Part shown: positions 57,732-64,000 of the stretch, piece after piece
How positions within the stretch are numbered: the stretch's first letter is position 1
Layout of the letters: each line of letters starts with the position of its first letter
Origin: Chthoniobacteraceae bacterium
Lineage (GTDB): Bacteria > Verrucomicrobiota > Verrucomicrobiia > Chthoniobacterales > Chthoniobacteraceae
Reading direction: 5' to 3'
Assembly (NCBI GenBank): GCA_031409655.1
Contig: JANNXQ010000055.1
Coordinates: forward strand, 10,591 to 74,590
Length of the DNA stretch: 64,000 bases
Made by a program: the position numbers and the translations under genes
The notes under the pieces: generated by a model
The model's input: only the letters and a program-made list of their open reading frames with translations
The model's database searches: none
What the model was told of the DNA's origin: nothing

Positions 57732-58505
57732 TTAGAAGAGAAACGCGATCCCGAGTTTCTTGAACTCCGCCTTCGGTTCCGCGAGCCACTTATCACCGAG
57801 TTTTTCAAAGCCCCCGCTCTTGCGGAAGTCGGCGAGGAAGGCGTTCACCTGCGCGCGCAGCGGGTCGTTGCCTTTGCGGAGGCCGATCGCCCAGGTCTCC
57901 TGTTGGAAAGGGGTGAGCAGGGCGCGCGTCGTCTCGCGATTTTTCCGCCAGTTCGCCAGCGTGGACATCTGGTCGTAGATGAAGGCGTCCACCTTGCCTT
58001 GCGTGACTTCGAGGACGCAGGCGTATTCCTTGTCGAGGACGAGCGGCTTGGCTTTCTTGAGCTGCTGTGAAGCGAAAAGGTGACCGGTGGTGCCTTTCTT
58101 CACGGCGATGGTGCGGCCGACTTTATCAGCATCGGCGAGCGAGGCGATGTCGCTGCCGGCGCGGACGAGGAGGCACAGGCCGGTGGAGAGATAGGAGTCG
58201 GAAAAGTCGATCGAGTTCGCCCGCTCCGGCGTCGCGGTCATGGAGGAAATGATCAGGTCGATGCGGCCGGTCTTGAGCGCGGGAATGAGGCCGTCGAAGG
58301 GGAGATTTTGAATCTCCACGGGTCTGCCGAGCTGCTCGCCGAGGGCGCGGGCGAGATCGATGCTGACTCCGGCGGGCTCGCCTTTTTCGTCGCGCATTTC
58401 AAAGGGCGGGTAGGCCAGTTCCATGCCGACGACGAGCTTACGCTCGGCGGCCTGGGCGGTGAGCGCGAGAGCGAGAAAGAGGAATGCGGAGGAGAGGAGC
58501 TTCAT
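57732..58505 (-). CDS. Amino-acid ABC transporter substrate-binding protein (SBP_bac_3)
   Basis: Signal peptide, ELAYPPFE, FDGLIPALKTGRIDLIISSMTATPER, IDFSDSY. Confidence 0.9.
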   Translation of the reverse strand: MKLLSSAFLFLALALTAQAAERKLVVGMELAYPPFEMRDEKGEPAGVSIDLARALGEQLGRPVEIQNLPFDGLIPALKTGRIDLIISSMTATPERANSIDFSDSYLSTGLCLLVRAGSDIASLADADKVGRTIAVKKGTTGHLFASQQLKKAKPLVLDKEYACVLEVTQGKVDAFIYDQMSTLANWRKNRETTRALLTPFQQETWAIGLRKGNDPLRAQVNAFLADFRKSGGFEKLGDKWLAEPKAEFKKLGIAFLF

Positions 58506-58560
58506 GGCGGGTGGAAACATCTAACGTCGAACGTCGAAAGAGCGATCTGCGGACGCAAAT

Positions 58561-59133
58561 TTAGTGCAGCATCGGGAGCGGGTTGGGTTCGCGGATGAGT
58601 CGGGCGTCGAGGTCCAAATAGAAATCGAGGCGGCGGTCGGCTTCGGATTCGTCGATCTGGCGGGCCATGATGAGGTAGGTCGCGTAGTGGTTGCCTTCGC
58701 TTTCGACCAGGCTGGCGTAGAAATCGGCGAGCGGGGCGTCGAGGTCGCGGACGCCTTTGGCGAGGATTTGAAATTTCTCGCAGCTCCGGCCTTCGATCAG
58801 CGCGCAGACGACGAGGTGGTCGATGACTTGCTGCCGGCGCCCTTTGCGCACGGTGCTCATCATCGTGCTGATCCAGGGGCTGCGCTGGGCGGGGCCAAAG
58901 GGGATGCCGCGTTCGCGGAGGAGGCGCAGGACGATTTCAAAGTGCTGGAGTTCCTCGATGGCGATGGCGTTCAGTTCGCTGACGCGGTCGTGGAGTTCGA
59001 CGTACTTTTCGAGGTTCAGCGCGGCGGTCGCGGCCTTGCGTTCGAGATGCGCGTGGTCCACGAGCACCGGCGCGAGATTCGCGCGGATCATCGGCAGCCA
59101 GGTGGCTGGCAACTTTTCGCGCCAGAGCAGCAT
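58561..59133 (-). CDS. miaE: tRNA-(ms2)i6A37 hydroxylase MiaE family di-iron protein
   Basis: DHAHLERKAA, EELQHF, LIEGRSCEKF, SEGNH. Confidence 0.85.
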   Translation of the reverse strand: MLLWREKLPATWLPMIRANLAPVLVDHAHLERKAATAALNLEKYVELHDRVSELNAIAIEELQHFEIVLRLLRERGIPFGPAQRSPWISTMMSTVRKGRRQQVIDHLVVCALIEGRSCEKFQILAKGVRDLDAPLADFYASLVESEGNHYATYLIMARQIDESEADRRLDFYLDLDARLIREPNPLPMLH

Positions 59134-59136
59134 GAC

Positions 59137-60021
59137 TTACCGCGGGAGGCCTGGCGGGCGATCGGAGAGTTTCGCCGGCGGTTCGGTGGGCGTCATCTGC
59201 TGGGCGATGGGTGCCTCCTTTTGGCCACCGACGATCTGGAGCCTGCCATCAGCGAGACGCCGCAGCGTGGGCCGGGTCTTGGGCGCGCTGTAATTCGTTT
59301 GGCCCAGGAATTCACCATTCACGCCGATCTTCGAGAGGGTCCACGCCTGCCGCCCGGTGAGGTGGAGGATGTGGAAGTTATTCCCGGTGTCGAACTCCGC
59401 CTGCACCGGAGCGCCGTCGATCAAACGCCCGAGCGGATAGGTGCCGAAGACGCGGCCATCGCTCTGACCCTCAATGCGGACGTAGAGCATGCGCTTTTCC
59501 TCATGGTAGTCGGTGAGGAGGGTGAAGAGGTGGGTGTCGCCGCCATTCGTGAGTCCCTCGGGGACGCCGGCGGCCTGGCGCGTGAGTTGGCGGCCTTCGG
59601 TGATCTCGATCTGCACGAGGGGCGAGGTGTAGTAACGCTTCGTCCCGGCGAGGTAGATGGTGGCGCGGATCTTCAGCGGGCCGGGATCGCCGAGACTGTA
59701 GAGTTCGTTGATGTTCACCGATTTCTTCACCGTCTCCCCGGCCCGGAGTTCGATGGGGTCGAGTCCGTAGTTGGGATTGCGCGGCGGGACGATGGAATTG
59801 CCGGGGCCGTTGATTTGAAAACCAAACCACTGCAACTCCGGCGTATCCTCGAGCGTCAGATCGCGTCCGCTGGTATTCGTCAGCGTCACCGCTCCGATCA
59901 CGGGCTCGTGGCGGAGATAGTGCCGGCGCTTGACGGTGAGCAGCACGCCGATCTGCCCCTGCGCGGGCGCGAGCAGCACGCCGCCGAGGAGCACATAGAG
60001 GAGGAGGCGGAAAGGTTTCAT
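59137..60021 (-). CDS. Secreted hypothetical protein with a beta-rich, Ig-like N-terminus
   Basis: Signal peptide LLAPAQG; VTLTNTSGRDLTL, LRAGET; tight spacing to both neighbours. Confidence 0.65.
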   Translation of the reverse strand: MKPFRLLLYVLLGGVLLAPAQGQIGVLLTVKRRHYLRHEPVIGAVTLTNTSGRDLTLEDTPELQWFGFQINGPGNSIVPPRNPNYGLDPIELRAGETVKKSVNINELYSLGDPGPLKIRATIYLAGTKRYYTSPLVQIEITEGRQLTRQAAGVPEGLTNGGDTHLFTLLTDYHEEKRMLYVRIEGQSDGRVFGTYPLGRLIDGAPVQAEFDTGNNFHILHLTGRQAWTLSKIGVNGEFLGQTNYSAPKTRPTLRRLADGRLQIVGGQKEAPIAQQMTPTEPPAKLSDRPPGLPR

Positions 60022-60028
60022 CAGCAGG

Positions 60029-62827
60029 CTACTTCTCTGGCTTGGTGTGGCTCACCGTGCGGAAGCCGAGCCAGTCATTCACGGCATCGGCGCGTTGATT
60101 ATTGACGCGGCGGTCGAGTTGCACATCAGGGCTCGCAAAGCTGCCGCCCTTGATCAGCGGGACTTTCGTCCGTTTGTCCACGCCCACCACCCAATCGGCG
60201 ACCCACTCGGAGACGTTGCCGGCCATGCCGATGGCGCCATACGGGCTCTTGTCCTTGTCCATCTTGTCCACGTCGGCGTAGCGGATGAAGCCGTCGACGT
60301 CGGCCTTGGCGTTCGGGTTCCCGCCATGATAATCGGCGCCGGAGTTCACGCGCTTGGGATCCAAGTCCTCGCCCCACGGATACTTCAGACCCTTCGGGCC
60401 GCGCGCCGCCTTCTCCCATTCCTGCTCCGTGGGCAGATCGCGCCCTCGCCATTTTGCATAGGCGTGGGCCGACCACCAATCGACCTCCACGACCGGTGAA
60501 TCCAGCGTCGTCGGCGTGCCCGCGACTTCCATTCTCCCTTTCGCCCGCGGGTAAAAAATATGCCAGTTCGGTGGCTTATGCCCACCGTCCACGCGCTTCA
60601 GCGGTGGTTGATTGAGGTGCTCGATCTTTTCGTAAAGTTCCGCGAACTGCCCGCGCGGATGCGCTTCGAGATCTTTGAGAAACTTCGCGTACTGGCCGAT
60701 CGTCACCTCATATTTATCGATCCAGAAATCCGGCAGGGTGCCTGGCTCACCGCTTTGGAAAAGGAATTCCCCGGCGGGGACGTGGACCATTTCATCGTGC
60801 TCACGCTCCCCGCCGCGGAAGAGGAAGTACCACACTGCCGCGAGCACCAGCAGGACGAGGCTGGCCATGCTGCCAATGGTGAAATAGAGCGACTTTTTCT
60901 GCGCTTTCCGCGCGGCGTCCACCGCGGCGATGGCGGCGCGATCCTGCGCACTGATCATCGCCGCCCCGGCGACTGGCGTCCCCTGCGGTTCGAGCGACTT
61001 GAAGGCCTGGAGCAAAGCGCTCCAGGACTGGAAACCCTTCGCATTTCCCGCCGTGGTCTGGACCATGCGACCGAGGGTGCCGCGCAGCCCGGGGGAAAGT
61101 TTTTGCGCCGCCGGGAGGACGGTCAGGAGCGTGCGTCCGAGGGTCTGCACTTCCTGCTCGAAGCTCTGCTCGTCCCCGTTCTGCGTCGCGATATTCGCGA
61201 GCCGCGGCGTGCCATCGAGGCTCAGGTAAATACTGCGCGCATCGAGCGCGGCGTGCGGGATCTTTTGGGCCTGCAGATAGGAGAGACCTTCGGCAGCGAC
61301 GCGCGCGATTTTCAGCGCGGTGGCTTCGTCGATCTTGCTGCCGCTCGCATCGACCGCCGCGAGGTTGCGACCTTCCACGTATTCGCGGGTGTAGAAGGTG
61401 TGGCCATTTTCCTCGCCCGCTTCATAGACGGCGAGGATCGAAGGGTGCTGGACGTTGGCTTTCGCCCGCGCGTTGGCGGTAAATTCCTGGACCATCGCTT
61501 CGTCCTTCGCCCGCTCGGGATCGAGCACCTTGAGCGCGACCTGGCGGTTGATGGCCGTCTGCACGGCGGCATACACCGCACCCCAGCGCCCGATGCCCAG
61601 CCGGCCTTTGATTTCGTAAGCACCGATCGCCGTGGAGGGAAGGTCCGAGGGATCCACTGGCGGCGGCGGCGGCGGCGGGAGCGAAGGTGGGGCGGCGACT
61701 GCGATTGGAGCGGCCGCGACGGCGGGCTTGGCCACGGCCACTGCGGGCCTGGCTGGCGGCACAGCCGTTGGGCCTTTAGCCGTGGGGACGGCGACCGGCA
61801 CCGCTTTTGCCCCAGTTCCGGCGGCAGCCACTGGCACCCCGGGAGCCGCGGCCCTCGCCCCTGGCGTGGCCGGGATCGGCACGGTCGCGACACGAGGTTT
61901 CCCCGGCGCGGCGGGACTCGCGGGACTCGCCGGCACTCCGGCTTTTACCGTCGGAACGGGGACTGCGGTCGGTTGATTGGCCACCGGGCGCGCGACGGCG
62001 CGCGGCGCTCCCGGGACGGCGGTGGGTTGGGCAGGACGGGCGGTGGGCTGCGGGACCGCCGTGGGCTGCGCAACGCGGACAGTCGGCGCGGGGACGGCCG
62101 TTGGTTGCGCAGGGCGAGCACTCGGCTGCGGCCCGGCAGTGGGCTGGGCGGGGCGGGCAGTCGGCACCGGGACTGCGCTCGCGGCCCCAGCCGTCGCGAC
62201 TTTCGGCGCGCCGACGGCTGGCTGAGCTTGCGGCTGCTGGGCCACGGGTCGCGCCACGGGAGTCGGCACCGCAGCGGCCACAGCCACGCGCGGCACCGCG
62301 GCGGGTGTCGCGACTGGCGGTGGTGGTGCCACGGGTTCGGCGACTGGCTCCGAAACCACCTCCGGCACGATGACCGGCGCAGGCTCGGGCGCGGGCGCGG
62401 GTTCCACCACGGCCACAGGTGCGGGCATGGGGACGACCTCGACCGGCGCAGCAGGCGCCTGCTCTTCCGCAGCCGCGTCGCCCAATTCCTTCCGCACTGC
62501 TGCGATCAGGTCCGCAGGCTCGATCGGCTTTTGCAAAAGCTGATGCGCCTGCGTCTGCTCGGCGTAATCACTCAGGTCGTAGCCAGTGACGAGGATGGTC
62601 GGGAGCGAGGGATACTTTGCCGTGAGTTCATCCCGCAGCGCAAAGCCATCCATCGGGTCCATGACCACATCCGTGATCAGCAGATCCAGCCCACCCATCG
62701 CCTCCGCCAGTTGGATGGCCTCTGAGCCGCTCGTCGCCGTGCGCAGGTCGTGACCTGCGAGTCTTTTCAGGACCGCGGCCAGGGCTTGCAGGACATCTTC
62801 ATCGTCATCGACCAGCAGAATTCTCAT
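60029..62827 (-). CDS. Receiver domain + Pro/Ala linker + pseudokinase + TM + FGE-sulfatase-like domain
   Basis: ILLVDDD/ITDVVM/VTGY/QKP (REC); GIGRWG/VALKVL/HPSIL (kinase N-lobe); TM; IDKYEVT, LPTEQEWEKAARG, SPYG...MAGNVSEW, GFR (FGE/SUMF1). Confidence 0.85.
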   Translation of the reverse strand: MRILLVDDDEDVLQALAAVLKRLAGHDLRTATSGSEAIQLAEAMGGLDLLITDVVMDPMDGFALRDELTAKYPSLPTILVTGYDLSDYAEQTQAHQLLQKPIEPADLIAAVRKELGDAAAEEQAPAAPVEVVPMPAPVAVVEPAPAPEPAPVIVPEVVSEPVAEPVAPPPPVATPAAVPRVAVAAAVPTPVARPVAQQPQAQPAVGAPKVATAGAASAVPVPTARPAQPTAGPQPSARPAQPTAVPAPTVRVAQPTAVPQPTARPAQPTAVPGAPRAVARPVANQPTAVPVPTVKAGVPASPASPAAPGKPRVATVPIPATPGARAAAPGVPVAAAGTGAKAVPVAVPTAKGPTAVPPARPAVAVAKPAVAAAPIAVAAPPSLPPPPPPPVDPSDLPSTAIGAYEIKGRLGIGRWGAVYAAVQTAINRQVALKVLDPERAKDEAMVQEFTANARAKANVQHPSILAVYEAGEENGHTFYTREYVEGRNLAAVDASGSKIDEATALKIARVAAEGLSYLQAQKIPHAALDARSIYLSLDGTPRLANIATQNGDEQSFEQEVQTLGRTLLTVLPAAQKLSPGLRGTLGRMVQTTAGNAKGFQSWSALLQAFKSLEPQGTPVAGAAMISAQDRAAIAAVDAARKAQKKSLYFTIGSMASLVLLVLAAVWYFLFRGGEREHDEMVHVPAGEFLFQSGEPGTLPDFWIDKYEVTIGQYAKFLKDLEAHPRGQFAELYEKIEHLNQPPLKRVDGGHKPPNWHIFYPRAKGRMEVAGTPTTLDSPVVEVDWWSAHAYAKWRGRDLPTEQEWEKAARGPKGLKYPWGEDLDPKRVNSGADYHGGNPNAKADVDGFIRYADVDKMDKDKSPYGAIGMAGNVSEWVADWVVGVDKRTKVPLIKGGSFASPDVQLDRRVNNQRADAVNDWLGFRTVSHTKPEK
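62009..62164 (-). repeat. Four 39-bp (13-aa) tandem repeats in the linker
   Basis: PTARPAQPTAGPQ, PSARPAQPTAVPA, PTVRVAQPTAVPQ, PTARPAQPTAVPG. Confidence 0.85.
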
Positions 62828-63966
62828 GGATTGGGCTCGTTTTGCAGGGTCTGCGGGGGAGGATATTTTTTCAGCAAAGACTCCGGTGTTCCCGCAGAAG
62901 TTTGGAGTTCGCCCTTATAGTAGAGGCGCACGAGGTAGCCAAAGTATTTCCGGTTCCGCTTTTCCGCCGGGAGTTCATAAACCACTTCCAACTCCTCGGT
63001 GTCGCCCTCGGCCCAATCCGGCGGCGGTGAACCCCAGACCGAATGGACATTTGCACTCGTCCGCTCGACTCGCGCGGTGTCCACCACATCAAAGAAATGG
63101 ACCTGAATGACTAAATCGTTGGCGTCGATCTTCGCGCCGAAGCGCGCCTTGATCGGCAGATGCATGGCAAATTTTTTCGAGGCCCCAGCCGCGCGTTGCT
63201 CGTCGATCCGGATGTCCGCCAGCCCGAGGACCGCACCTTTCGCGATGCCCGTGGTCTCCTCCGCGGGCGCCGCCGTCTGCGCCATCAGCAAGCGGGAAAG
63301 CTCATTCGCCTGCGCCGCCTTCAGCTTCGCCTCCGCCGCCGTGTAGTGGACGCCGGCAGACTCGCCGAGTTCGTACACCCGCTTCCACTGTTCATTGGCG
63401 CGATCCGGCAGGCTCATTTTTTCGAAGGTCGTCGCCATCTCGGTCAGCGCCCGTGGATTGCGCGAATCAAGCGCCTGCGCTTCGCGGAAACGGGTGAGCG
63501 CCGTGCCGGTATCGCCCCGCTCCCGATACGCCCTCCCCTGCTCGATCAACTCGCCGAAACGATCCGCCGTCACCGCATCCATCGGCTTTGATAACTGGAT
63601 CGGGATCGGCGTCGGCCGCGGCGCGGCGGTGGGCGAAGGCGCCGCGCCCGCCGCAGCCGCCGTGGCATCGGCTAGCGGATCGGTCGAAAAATCGGGCACC
63701 GGGACCGGGGCGACGCGACCGAAAGTCGGAGCTTCCTCCTCATTCTCCGTCACCTGAGCCGCGATCACCGTAGGCGCCGCGTGGAAGCGCGCGATGAAGG
63801 CCCAGCAGATCGCTGCCAACTGCACGGCTGCACCGAGACCGAGGATGCTGATCGCGACCATGAAAGTGCGGCCAACCGTCTGTCGAGTGATGGGTGTGGC
63901 AGTGGGCATGGCGGCAGTTTTTCCTGGGAGGGGCGGCACCGTAGGACTCTGGCCCGAGGGTGTCAA
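62824..63966 (-). CDS. Membrane-anchored TPR protein with a C-terminal beta-rich domain
   Basis: N-terminal TM, Pro/Ala linker, TPR-like helices (ALTRFREAQALDSRNPRAL); ATGA overlap with the next gene; alternative start 63909. Confidence 0.7.
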   Translation of the reverse strand: MTPSGQSPTVPPLPGKTAAMPTATPITRQTVGRTFMVAISILGLGAAVQLAAICWAFIARFHAAPTVIAAQVTENEEEAPTFGRVAPVPVPDFSTDPLADATAAAAGAAPSPTAAPRPTPIPIQLSKPMDAVTADRFGELIEQGRAYRERGDTGTALTRFREAQALDSRNPRALTEMATTFEKMSLPDRANEQWKRVYELGESAGVHYTAAEAKLKAAQANELSRLLMAQTAAPAEETTGIAKGAVLGLADIRIDEQRAAGASKKFAMHLPIKARFGAKIDANDLVIQVHFFDVVDTARVERTSANVHSVWGSPPPDWAEGDTEELEVVYELPAEKRNRKYFGYLVRLYYKGELQTSAGTPESLLKKYPPPQTLQNEPNP

Positions 63967-64000
63967 ACCTCACAGGCCGCGACCGCACCGCCAGGACGAT

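Noticed and set aside
60029..60200. FGE-type C-terminal domain as a diversity-generating retroelement target
   Set aside because: No reverse transcriptase and no template repeat of this region were seen in the window.
60560..62725. 721-aa plus-strand ORF
   Set aside because: Antisense shadow of the receiver-pseudokinase gene; Arg/His-rich with no motifs.

Overview
High-GC bacterial chromosome segment, most consistent with Verrucomicrobiota (inferred from a PVC-type heme-CxxCH protein, a UBact-proteasome operon and the repeat types). Left to right: (1) a minus-strand two-gene NRPS/PKS assembly line, A-PCP-sulfotransferase-KS-AT-ACP-aminotransferase-C-A-PCP followed by C-A-PCP-TE with a Cys nucleophile, running off the left edge; (2) head-to-head with it, a Wzx/Wzy-type exopolysaccharide locus (wcaF-like, GT4s, Wzc, flippase, Wzy/O-antigen ligase); (3) a long minus-strand run of UBact, proteasome beta and alpha, amidase, PG-binding protein, phosphohexomutase, lnt, DUF2334-like deacetylase and a PHP-GT4 fusion; (4) housekeeping genes (dnaG, rpoD, rlmN, L,D-transpeptidase, DAHP synthase, miaE); (5) a receiver-pseudokinase-TM-FGE-like membrane signalling protein in an operon with a TPR protein. 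Several REP-like palindromes and heptamer-repeat tracts occur, some in frame inside genes. No rRNA, tRNA, CRISPR array or intact transposase was recognised. All calls come from reading motifs by eye; no database searches were run.
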